Source: a virus
Virus record (IMG/VR): IMGVR_UViG_3300028146_000010
Location: 8,992-72,991 of that record
DNA length: 64,000 nt
Strand: one strand, 5' to 3'
Shown: positions 49,968-58,103 of the stretch, one piece after another
Numbering within the stretch: position 1 is the stretch's first letter
How the letters are laid out: each line of letters opens with the position of its first letter
Notes under the pieces: model-generated
What the model saw: the letters and a program-made list of their open reading frames with translations, nothing else
What the model was told of the DNA's origin: nothing
The model's database searches: none
Made by a program: the position numbers and the translations under genes

Positions 49968-50113
49968 CGGTGGCATTGAAAATATGAGCCGACTCACCGT
50001 TGAAAGTCGGAGCGGGGATGCTACCGAGCGACCTGACTCCGCGCAAGGAGCAACGGAACTGGTGGGGTCTATCGCAAGGTAGCGTCGAAACTTATTACCA
50101 GCCGTTGCCACTG
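49968..50113 (+). ncRNA. structured RNA candidate B (pseudoknot-capable)
   Basis: stems CGGTGGCA/TGCCACTG, CCGACT/AGTCGG, GATGCTACC/GGTAGCGTC, CTCC/GGAG; loop CCGTTG complementary to CAACGG. Confidence 0.55.
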
Positions 50114-50126
50114 ATATTTGACGGGT

Positions 50127-50305
50127 TTGCTTGTGCGGCGGTGTGGATGGCACACACACATAGCGGGGTTAAGGGGACTGCGCTGGATGCGAGAACTACG
50201 GACAAGTAGCGATCAGGCCACGTCAAAGGCTCGCGAAATAGTAGCCGTATATCAACAGAGCCAGCATACAACCAAGTCGGTTTCGAGTCCGGCCCGCACA
50301 AGCAA
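50127..50305 (+). ncRNA. tRNA-like RNA candidate C (acceptor, D and T arms; large domain replacing the anticodon arm)
   Basis: perfect 12-bp TTGCTTGTGCGG/CCGCACAAGCAA; GTGTG-GATGG-CACAC; GTCGG-TTTCGAGT-CCGGC stacked on the 3' strand. Confidence 0.65.
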
Positions 50306-50310
50306 TTCAA

Positions 50311-50476
50311 TTTGGTAGCAAGCCAAACGGGAAGTCGGATATTTGTAGGTGGCAAACCCGTAAGCGCATCAATGTACGGCTATAGGCCGAGTGACCGACA
50401 CAAGGGGTCTAAGGTGCGCGATAAAAGTCGAAACCTTCTGAGGTCTGGGGCGAACCAAGAGCAGAATCGCCTCTCT
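50311..50476 (+). ncRNA. structured RNA candidate D (shares motifs with B)
   Basis: TTTGG/CCAAA, ACGGG/CCCGT, GTCGG/CCGAC, GCGCATC/GGTGCGC, CGGC/GCCG. Confidence 0.45.
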
Positions 50477-50501
50477 AATTTCTGATGCAAAGGAGAAACA
50501 G

Positions 50502-50684
50502 ATGAGTCCCGAAACTGTAAAACAGCAACGACCCTGCTTTATGTGCAACGGTACGGGTCAAATGTGCGATATCTGCGGTGAAGCTGAAAACGTCTGCGAC
50601 TGTGATGATGAAGCGATTCTTGTGGATTGCTCGGACTGTGAAGGCTCAGGAATCGCGTCAGCAGATCGAGAGCAATTAAACTAA
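50502..50684 (+). CDS. small DnaJ-type CxxCxGxG zinc-finger protein
   Basis: CFMCNGTG...CSDCEGSG; RBS AAGGAG. Confidence 0.65.
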   Translation: MSPETVKQQRPCFMCNGTGQMCDICGEAENVCDCDDEAILVDCSDCEGSGIASADREQLN

Positions 50685-50697
50685 AGGAGCCACCACC

Positions 50698-50928
50698 ATG
50701 ACCCCCACCGACGACGACCTCAGCCGCAAACTCTGCGGGCTGACCAATGCGGAAATTGTGGCGAGGCATCTGGCGCTGCGGGGGAGCAACGCGATGAGGT
50801 ATCCACGGGCGGAGAATGCGTGCGTGCATCGGTGTAGCGCAGGAGACTGCCGTTGCTTTTTATTTCCACATGGGCCAGAGACGCCACATGAGTTCAGTTC
50901 AGGTTGTGGTTTATCCAGAAAGGAATAG
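50698..50928 (+). CDS. small hypothetical protein
   Basis: RBS AAGGAG, Cys/His-rich. Confidence 0.5.
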   Translation: MTPTDDDLSRKLCGLTNAEIVARHLALRGSNAMRYPRAENACVHRCSAGDCRCFLFPHGPETPHEFSSGCGLSRKE

Positions 50929-50935
50929 TAAAGGC

Positions 50936-51270
50936 GTGGCTGGAAGGAATAAATGGCAGTTACCGGAATCGGCCATTACCGCCGACGCGAGGCGACGACG
51001 AAAGTGGCTGATAACCGAAAAAGGCAAGGAGTACCTTCAGAAGCGCAAGATTGCTGGTTACAACAAAAAGTATAATGACGCCCATAGAGAAGATGCCCGC
51101 ATTAGAACGGTGGCATATAGGCTGCGATTCAAGATTGAATGCTTTACGCACTACTCAAATGGGCCAAATCCTTTTTGCGCGTGTTGCGGGGAATCGGATA
51201 TAGGAGTGCTTTGTTTGGATCATATTAACGGCGGAGGTAATCGACATCGGCGTGAAATAGCAAAATATTT
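50936..51270 (+). pseudogene. HNH endonuclease, 5' half (interrupted by IS)
   Basis: CACCGESDIGVLCLDHINGGGNRHR, same family as 3625..4461; C-terminus resumes at 52549. Confidence 0.8.
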
Positions 51271-51527
51271 TACCATCACGCTAGCCCGAAACACCTTTCC
51301 AGATACGTTGACGAGTTCACCTTTCGACTGAACTTCGGCAACGTCAAAATCCATACTTTGAAACGGCTCGATTCCTTCATTGCCGCCGTTGCTAACAAAC
51401 GAATCACTTACGAAGAACTGACTGCGGAGGTCTAAATCATGCTCTTCGATTTCATCACTGTCTTTTGGTTTGGCCTCTGCATCGGCTTTGTTTTGGGCTG
51501 GTGGCGTCACGCCGTTCGGAGGACTGT

Positions 51528-51734
51528 ATGAGTAAAAGTGTAAGCCAAAAGAATCCGGGACAACGTGGGGCAAGCGCGGTAGTTCCGTCGTGGCTCTTGG
51601 AAGAGCAGGACGAACCGCCCCGAGAAGCGACCTGCGAATACTGCGGACGAGTTTATGAGCCTGAATCCTCCACAGCAACGCGCTCGGAGTCTTGGTGTTC
51701 CGATGTCTGCGAGGATAGGCATTGGGAAGGCTGA
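51528..51734 (+). CDS. IS passenger, small zinc-finger protein
   Basis: CEYCG...WCSDVC. Confidence 0.55.
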   Translation: MSKSVSQKNPGQRGASAVVPSWLLEEQDEPPREATCEYCGRVYEPESSTATRSESWCSDVCEDRHWEG

Positions 51735-51869
51735 ATGACGAAGAAACTAAAAACCCCAGAAGTCTTAGATCGGATCGTGGATCGGGTGTTGGCCTTTCGC
51801 CCGAAGCCAGTAACAACCAAGGCCAAAAAGCGGAAGAGAAAGGCAAAGAAAAATGCGCAACAAAAGTAG
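51735..51869 (+). CDS. IS1595-associated basic peptide (TPEVLDRIVDRVLAFRPKP...KKRKRK)
   Basis: 44 aa; resembles peptides I recall near the 3' end of IS1595 elements. Confidence 0.6.
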   Translation: MTKKLKTPEVLDRIVDRVLAFRPKPVTTKAKKRKRKAKKNAQQK

Positions 51870-52314
51870 AGGCGTGAAATTGCTCGCGATGATCAATCAA
51901 TCTCCCTGGAATGAGCTTATCTTGCGCTCTGGGGAGCGCATTGAGTCGGGCGGCAACGTCATTAAGCACCGGGGCTTGATCCTTTTGTACACAAGTAAGT
52001 CTCGAATGGACAGTTACGGTGCGGACGAGTTGGGCGGCTACAATGAAGACGCTCTGGCAATGAAGAATCTGCGCAACGTTGAACTCGACCCGCCGCGTGG
52101 AGTTATTGTTGGTGCTGCTATCTTGAAAAACTGTCAGGGTGAGCGGGGCGAAGTCGAATACGACATTAAAGGTGCGCGCCGGTTCCCTAAGCCCGTGGCT
52201 ATTGTCAATCGCGGCCCCGTGCGTTGGTTTTCCATAAAAGTTAACGAAGCACTTGAAAGCCAGCTCCGCGCTGTTGGAATGTGGCGTGAAGCGACCAAGG
52301 CGAATAGGGTTTAA
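51853..52314 (+). CDS. IS passenger, ASCH-domain protein
   Basis: INQSPWNELIL..G..IE..., HRGLILLY, PRGVIVG, RFPKPV..RG..RWF. Confidence 0.7.
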   Translation: MRNKSRGVKLLAMINQSPWNELILRSGERIESGGNVIKHRGLILLYTSKSRMDSYGADELGGYNEDALAMKNLRNVELDPPRGVIVGAAILKNCQGERGEVEYDIKGARRFPKPVAIVNRGPVRWFSIKVNEALESQLRAVGMWREATKANRV

Positions 52315-52325
52315 GTAAATAGCCG

Positions 52326-52526
52326 ATGAGCCAACAGGACTACAACGAACATTACGACGCGACCGCCGCAAAGGGTTTGTGTTGGGAAGGCGACGGGAAT
52401 CCGCAATTCGTTCAAGACGTGCTCTTGCCCAACGGCGAACGAATGAAGGTCGAATCGCTGTGGTGCGTGGACTGTAAAGTCCGGCAAGGTGAAATTGTTG
52501 AGGCTGGTAGTTCATTGCTATGCTAG
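52326..52526 (+). CDS. IS passenger, small hypothetical protein
   Basis: 66 aa ending just before the right inverted repeat. Confidence 0.5.
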   Translation: MSQQDYNEHYDATAAKGLCWEGDGNPQFVQDVLLPNGERMKVESLWCVDCKVRQGEIVEAGSSLLC

Positions 52527-52548
52527 GGAGTCAAGTATATAATTCCCA

Positions 52549-52665
52549 AACGGATGGCCCGACGGCTATCAGATTCTCTGCTACAACTGTAATAACGCAA
52601 AAGGCACGAAAAGTCACTGTCCGCATCTTGACGCTGTCAATTTATTAACCGGCTTGACGGCATAA
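52549..52665 (+). pseudogene. HNH endonuclease, 3' half
   Basis: NGWPDGYQILCYNCNNAKGTKSHCPHL. Confidence 0.85.
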
Positions 52666-52683
52666 CACACTAAAGGAGAATCA

Positions 52684-53051
52684 ATGGGAAAGAAACGACT
52701 AACACCTAACCAACAACTCATGGCATTCGGCGCAACGGCCGACCGTGAGGCGCTGAGTACGGCCATTGAATCGTTGCGGGCTATTTTCGATGCACGGTTC
52801 GCGGCGACAACGATAAGACCACCGCGTAGGAAGCGGGCCGACGCTGGCACCAAGCGGGGCGAGGGGAAGGCGAATGGTGAGGCGAGCAGCGTGGAGGCGG
52901 CGTGATGGCTGACGGGTTGTATCGCGTGACCACCAGCTTTCTGTGCGCCGGATTCGTCATTGAATGTGGCATCGTGACCATGTGTGCGCCAATTCTACGA
53001 GTCAGCAAACTCAAATACTGGATTTCTATCGCTGTCTGGATTGCGCCATGA
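52684..53051 (+). CDS. two small terminal early genes (52684-52905, 52905-53051)
   Basis: RBS AAGGAG; TGATG coupling. Confidence 0.5.
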
Positions 53052-53119
53052 CGCAGCAAAAAGACCGCCAACCCTGACGGCCTTCCCACTGCTTAAAATG
53101 ATGGGATTCGTGACGGCGG

Positions 53120-53420
53120 CTAAGCAGGTGGTTCCGCTGGCGTACCTGCCGCTACGGCATCTGCAAGCTTCTGATCTTCAGCACCCAAAGAATCACTCAG
53201 TGCTTTCAGCTTCACCGGGTCGGTGCCTGCTTCATCCAGTTTTGTTTTGAGTCCCTGAATCAGCGTGATTGCCGATTCGATTACGTCGCTATTGGCGGCG
53301 ACTTTAGTTTCCTTTCAATTCTAACAAACCAGTTACTTAGGTGTTCAAGGATTGGTTCGACCACCAGCCTCGTGGCTATAGGCCGAAACCAACGGTGGAA
53401 AAATGGTTCCTTTAGGCTCA
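53120..53420 (-). pseudogene. coiled-coil phage protein (..SAITLIQGL..AGTDPxKL..LADAVAAGTP) with internal deletion
   Basis: conserved-looking C-terminus 53120-53302 lacks a start; upstream ..RIERKL is out of frame at a CTAAA junction. Confidence 0.65.
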
Positions 53421-53609
53421 CTAATCCTCTGTGTCGGGTTTTTGGGTTAAGTCTCGCACCTGAACAAACTTCATTGATTCGATGAACTTATCAACCGCAC
53501 GTTTGCACGATGAACGGTTGGCATAAGCCTCGCCAGAATCAGCAACGATCTTCTTGATCTTCGCTCGCCAACGGATGCCGTCTTTTGCTTTGTAGATTTC
53601 AATCACCAT
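53421..53609 (-). CDS. DUF1508/YegP-family protein
   Basis: IEIYKAKDGIRWRAK..IVADSGEAYANRSSC. Confidence 0.8.
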   Translation of the reverse strand: MVIEIYKAKDGIRWRAKIKKIVADSGEAYANRSSCKRAVDKFIESMKFVQVRDLTQKPDTED

Positions 53610-53937
53610 TGGGTTCTATGCCTCGTTCCTTTCCTTTGTCAGCGTCGTATGTCACTTTGGCAAATGGCGTGAGATTAACTTCAACCGTCTGATCACCATC
53701 CCAGAAGCGCATGATGTATTCGCGCGCGTCATACTCGCCTCGAACGAGAAATTCAAAGGTTGTGGATTGTTCACCCGCCATTTTCAATTAACGCTACTTC
53801 TAAATTCGGGGAAATACTGTATTCATAGCCGGTTGGCTGAACGGCGGTAATACTCCCATCGGCCTCTTTTTGCCATAAAATATCGGCTATGCCAACTATG
53901 ACAAATTGGGTGCCGGGTTCTATTTGTGAGAAGGTCA

Positions 53938-54417
53938 TTAGAACTTGCTCGCCGCAAACACCGTCTCAACCGCTGATGGACTGGTCATACGCTGAACCAT
54001 CGCTTGCTCGGGTGTTGACGCCGACGCCATGAGCGTTGCCGGAACTTGCGGGACCAGCAGAGTTGCAATAGTCCGCGCCGCCACACTTGCCACTGCGAAG
54101 ATGATCTTCAGCGAGGGATTTCCGCTCAATCCGACGTCGTTGGCAATCTGACTGATGAACCCTACAAGGTTTTGGAATATTGCATAGGCGCTGCTAAATT
54201 TCCCCGCCTTATACGCAGCCAGAAACTCGTTAGCTACCGTCACGGCTTTGGCAATCGTGGCCGCTGAACCGGGTAGCAAAGGGCTTAGCTCACTGAGAGC
54301 GCCCGTGATCGTGCTTACCCAGAAGGCGATGTCTTTGACCTTGCAACTGACTTGCGTGGCGACCAGCACGCCAAGACCAGCGCCCCCGGTCAGTTTCATC
54401 ATGCTTCGTCTGTTCAT
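53938..54417 (-). CDS. putative Tat-exported lipoprotein
   Basis: MNRRSMMK, hydrophobic stretch, QVSC lipobox-like; amphipathic helices. Confidence 0.6.
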   Translation of the reverse strand: MNRRSMMKLTGGAGLGVLVATQVSCKVKDIAFWVSTITGALSELSPLLPGSAATIAKAVTVANEFLAAYKAGKFSSAYAIFQNLVGFISQIANDVGLSGNPSLKIIFAVASVAARTIATLLVPQVPATLMASASTPEQAMVQRMTSPSAVETVFAASKF

Positions 54418-54915
54418 ATTGTCCTTTCGTGCGAGGGAAAGAGGTTTTTGAACCGGCAGATTAGATTAGGAATCCACGATCCACCATAGGCCGGAATCGT
54501 CACCATGAGTTCGCCGTCTAACCTAAGATTCAGCTTCTTGCAGATAACGTCCGCATCTTCCCAGTCAACGGCAAAGAAAGTTAGATTCCACCATGAGCCG
54601 TTGTGGTAATAGGAGGCGAGAAACTTTGTTTTGGCTTCAGGCAAATAGAACCCTTTCAGTTAATTGAAGTGCGCGGCTGTTATCCAAACTTAGATCGTGC
54701 GACCAGAAAGTTTGTTTAGGGGCAGGCAAGCAAGCGCAAGGCATCGCGCCGTATCCCCATCCGCAAGCCGGACATGAGACGTTCGCGCCGCAATCACATA
54801 GCTTAATCATGTTGCAGGGTTCAGAAGTTCCTCGCCGCAGAAACGCATTGAACTTGCCGTATTCAGGGTGATAACAAAGCGGGCCATCACTCAGATATGC
54901 TTTACCGACAGGCAT
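54414..54915 (-). CDS. two small hypothetical genes (54637-54915, 54414-54644)
   Basis: coupled; first is Cys-rich. Confidence 0.5.
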
Positions 54916-54981
54916 TCAGCAAGACTCCTTTGGTGGCAGACTGTACCCAGCGAGGCAGTGTGTGAACATGCGGGAAGTATT

Positions 54982-55734
54982 CTATACCGTTGAGGGAGAG
55001 AGCACAAGACCTAACCTGCGGATTTCAGCGTGCCTATGATCGTGATGTTTAGCGCATAGCCACCTTACGTCTAAAGGCTTGCTGTAGTCTTCATGGTGAG
55101 CTTCTGCTCTCGCTTTGCAATTCGCAATCTCACATGGCTGGCGCTGCACCTTTCCGGTTCTTACGGCCTGTCCGGTTTGGATTCTTACTTTATGCTCTTG
55201 AATCGCAGCACGGTATCGCCCAACTTTTGCAAACACAGGTATTAAATAATCGGGGATTTCATAGGCTTTGGCAGCCTCGTAAATCCTCACAATGGCTTGT
55301 TGGTGGACATAGATTACGCGCTGGCGCGTTATATTAAGAGCGGAGGCAATAACAGTGGCGTTGCAGGCAGCCTTACCGTTCAGACCATAACGCATTCTGA
55401 TAATCGTTCGCGCTTGGGGCGTCACTAGGTATAGCCACTTCCTCAAAACGCGCTGCATATCAGCCGTACGATACTCCTTGAATCCTTCTCGAATGAATCG
55501 TCGGATCGTTGGTTCGTAAGAACGACACAGTAAGCAATAAGGAAGGCATGAAATTTCGACCGGGCGCTCGCACTTCATGCAGATTCCAGATCGCCTTCTA
55601 TGCGTCCGACGCTTGGCAGCCGAACGGCGCAGCGACTCTAGATGTTTCGCGCAAAGAGTGCGAGGACAGTCTGTGAGGGTAACAGAATGAACCAAATCAA
55701 AGAAATCGAAGTTAGTTGGGAAGACTACAGCCAA
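54982..55734 (-). CDS. zinc finger + sigma70 region-4-like HTH + HNH-like domain
   Basis: QARTIIRMRYGL...IASALNITRQRV; C-terminal HHEDYSKPLDVRWLCAKHH. Confidence 0.7.
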   Translation of the reverse strand: MAVVFPTNFDFFDLVHSVTLTDCPRTLCAKHLESLRRSAAKRRTHRRRSGICMKCERPVEISCLPYCLLCRSYEPTIRRFIREGFKEYRTADMQRVLRKWLYLVTPQARTIIRMRYGLNGKAACNATVIASALNITRQRVIYVHQQAIVRIYEAAKAYEIPDYLIPVFAKVGRYRAAIQEHKVRIQTGQAVRTGKVQRQPCEIANCKARAEAHHEDYSKPLDVRWLCAKHHDHRHAEIRRLGLVLSPSTV

Positions 55735-55802
55735 TGTGAGGGGAGAGGTCAGGACTTCCCTGCATCCAGCTTCATCAAAGTACGTTCAGCCTCCCTCACT
55801 CT

Positions 55803-56219
55803 CTATTCCACCAACGGCACCGTAGGTGGTGGTGGTTGCACCCGTGGCTTCCTCAGCATCTCTAACTCCGCGTGAGCCTGCCTGACCGCCTCGTTCAATA
55901 CCTTCTCCCGGCCTGCCGCCACGCTCAAATCCCATTTCAACTGAGAGATTTCCTTTTCATCCCATGCGTGTTGGATTTTCAGGTTAGCGTTCTGTTCCGC
56001 AAAGTCGGCCAACTGAGTATGAGCCTCAGCAATGATGCGCGAGTCAATCTCTCTCGCCTCAGCCCCGGTTTTATAGTTCAGGGCATCCGAGCGAGTAATT
56101 TCTTGACGGCGGGTAAAAAGACGTGTCAATAGTGCGGTTACGGCATTTGACACTGGTATTGCTAATAGATATAGAACAGCGACCAGCGGTGAGACAGAAG
56201 GTAGCGGTGGGTTTTCCAT
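55803..56219 (-). CDS. N-terminal TM plus coiled coil (holin/spanin-like)
   Basis: LVAVLYLLAIPVSNAVTALL then coiled coil and Pro-rich tail. Confidence 0.5.
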   Translation of the reverse strand: MENPPLPSVSPLVAVLYLLAIPVSNAVTALLTRLFTRRQEITRSDALNYKTGAEAREIDSRIIAEAHTQLADFAEQNANLKIQHAWDEKEISQLKWDLSVAAGREKVLNEAVRQAHAELEMLRKPRVQPPPPTVPLVE

Positions 56220-56230
56220 TGAACTCGCAT

Positions 56231-56833
56231 CTACGTCACTGGCAGTTTATTGCTCTCCAGAAGCGGCTTGTTGCGTTCGACTAACGCCGCTAATTGAATC
56301 ATGTCTAAACGCGGTACGCCAATTTCATCCGGCACGGTTTTCTTCTCGTACATACGGCGCACCTCCGGCGATGAATTCGGATGCACTTGCTCGGTGTTCA
56401 CTGTAGTAGATGGAAGTGAGGCGTTCAAGGGAACTCGAATCGCGTGACCAAAGCGATACTTCGCGGCCTCTTGTTCGCCTTCCCAGTCTGTCTCGTAGTA
56501 ACCTTGATCCTCCGTCCAGCAGAGACGGCCTGTTATGTCACGGCCATTGGGCGGCAACAAGTCGAACAGCCAGTACGAGAATTCATTGAACGGCAGAAAC
56601 ACAAACCGAAAGTACGCCCGTTTGAGCCATGACCCATCCACGTCGTACTTCCAATCCACTACCCGCCATATCCAGCGAGGGCGCTTATCCACCGCCGCCG
56701 GGGTCAGGTGGTGGTTGCGGCGGGCCCGATCCGACTCCTGGATCTGTTGGGAGCGGCGGGTCTGTGGTTGTAACGGGGCGACCGTGGCTTGGCTGTTCAT
56801 CCGTACTCTCGCTTTCTGCATCCTCGAGATCAT
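56231..56833 (-). CDS. hypothetical protein
   Basis: about 200 aa; promoter-like TATACT near 56897-56902. Confidence 0.5.
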   Translation of the reverse strand: MISRMQKARVRMNSQATVAPLQPQTRRSQQIQESDRARRNHHLTPAAVDKRPRWIWRVVDWKYDVDGSWLKRAYFRFVFLPFNEFSYWLFDLLPPNGRDITGRLCWTEDQGYYETDWEGEQEAAKYRFGHAIRVPLNASLPSTTVNTEQVHPNSSPEVRRMYEKKTVPDEIGVPRLDMIQLAALVERNKPLLESNKLPVT

Positions 56834-56931
56834 CGGTGTCTCTTTTCTTCGTATCACTCATTGATTCAAATTCTCCCTCTGTGAACTTCTAACTGAGTAT
56901 AGCCTAGCGTGATGGGGTTGCGGAGATTTTT

Positions 56932-57129
56932 TTAGCCGAGTGCGACGGCCAAGACATAAAAGAACATGCCGGCCCACCCGACCGCGACTCCGCGTTGCGG
57001 CCATGCTCCCGGTGCTGCTGTCCAAAACCCTCCACTGATAAACGCTGCGAAGAACAACAGTATCAGTGAAATGATCATACAAATGAGCGACCAGCTTGCG
57101 CCGCCTAGTGATGCTGTGATGAGTAACAT
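56932..57129 (-). CDS. small two-TM protein (holin-like)
   Basis: 65 aa, two hydrophobic helices, RBS GGGAGG. Confidence 0.55.
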   Translation of the reverse strand: MLLITASLGGASWSLICMIISLILLFFAAFISGGFWTAAPGAWPQRGVAVGWAGMFFYVLAVALG

Positions 57130-57148
57130 GGTCGTTTCCTCCCTGTGT

Positions 57149-57730
57149 CTATCCCTTTTTCAAATAAGCCGCAATCGCGGCTAGTGCGATGATAACACCA
57201 AGTATCCAAGTGATGAGTTGCTGTTGGGATACGCGACCGCCCTTTGCTCCAATAGCCTCACTCTGCTGTGAGCGTAGCGTTGCAACTTCTTTCATGGCCT
57301 GCTCAAGGGCCGGGTAGCCCATCGCGCTCTTACCCTCATTGCGATCCATCCGCGCCTGTAAGGCGTCAATCTTTTCGGCATTGCTTTTGTACATTGCCTC
57401 TGCTTCTGGGCGAGGCATCAAAGTCCGTTCTCTATCATTCATAGCCCCACGCCATTCATTCGCACTTGCTCGCCATTTCTCGGCGTTTACCTCTGCTACC
57501 ATGACGGCCTTTTCCGACGATGCTAACGCGGCTGCCGTGGCCTCCTTCTGAGCTGTGAGGGCATCTTTGACGGCCTCTTGTTGAGCATCGAATCTTTGGT
57601 CGTTTCGTAAGTCTGCGGCCCTGTCCGCTTCTTTAAGACGCTTCTCTGTTTCAGATATCAGCGCAATCAGGTGATCCTTTAAGGTGTCCACCGTCCAAGA
57701 AGATCCGCTTCGTGCTGTTTCTCCGTTCAT
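57149..57730 (-). CDS. coiled-coil protein with C-terminal TM anchor (lysis-cassette type)
   Basis: WTVDTLK, QRFDAQQEAV..AL, NEWRGAM; C-terminal ITWILGVIIALAAIAAYL. Confidence 0.6.
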   Translation of the reverse strand: MNGETARSGSSWTVDTLKDHLIALISETEKRLKEADRAADLRNDQRFDAQQEAVKDALTAQKEATAAALASSEKAVMVAEVNAEKWRASANEWRGAMNDRERTLMPRPEAEAMYKSNAEKIDALQARMDRNEGKSAMGYPALEQAMKEVATLRSQQSEAIGAKGGRVSQQQLITWILGVIIALAAIAAYLKKG

Positions 57731-58103
57731 AGTTCACAATGCACCTGATTTCCTACCACGCAGCTCCGCCTATCTTTCCGCAAACTGCAATCACTGCGAT
57801 ACAGATGGCCCACACGATTGCTGTTTTGAGGTTGCGACTCATCGGTTAGACCTCGGAATGTCCTTTAGTTGATCTTGAGGTCGAGGCGCGGGATCGTTAC
57901 AGCGACATCGTCCGCCTACACCACAAAGAAACTGTCCGCACGGAACTTGTGATCGAACAGACCGATCCAGCCGATCCGCTGCTTTCTTCATTTCGCATTG
58001 ATACCACTCTCGATATGAATCACTCACTGTTCAGCCTCCCTCACGCTTACCTGACTACCAAACTTCCGGTACTCGCTTTCCGTTACTTTCCAGCGGTAGC
58101 GAA

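Larger units (their letters stand above)
51271..52547 (+). mobile_element. truncated IS1595-family element (ISNwi1-like) with passenger genes; left end and most of the transposase deleted
   Basis: transposase C-terminus YHHASPKHLSRYVDEFTFRLN...KRITYEELT (51271-51435); right end GTCAAGTATATAATTCCC (reverse GGGAATTATATACTTGAC, fits ggnnatTAT). Confidence 0.85.

Noticed and set aside
50059-50091. Hammerhead-like CTGGTGG...stem...CGAAAC
   Set aside because: Core CUGANGA is not conserved and there is no NUH site with stem III
50127-50305. Canonical or amber-suppressor tRNA
   Set aside because: No anticodon stem-loop, 8-nt T loop, no CCA
50001-50470. RNase P or group I intron resemblance (GAAAGTCGG, CAGAA)
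   Set aside because: P4 pairing and the group I P7 elements could not be built
51220-52515. 431-aa minus-strand ORF
   Set aside because: Antisense shadow of the IS1595 transposase end and passenger genes; the plus strand carries the recognisable motifs
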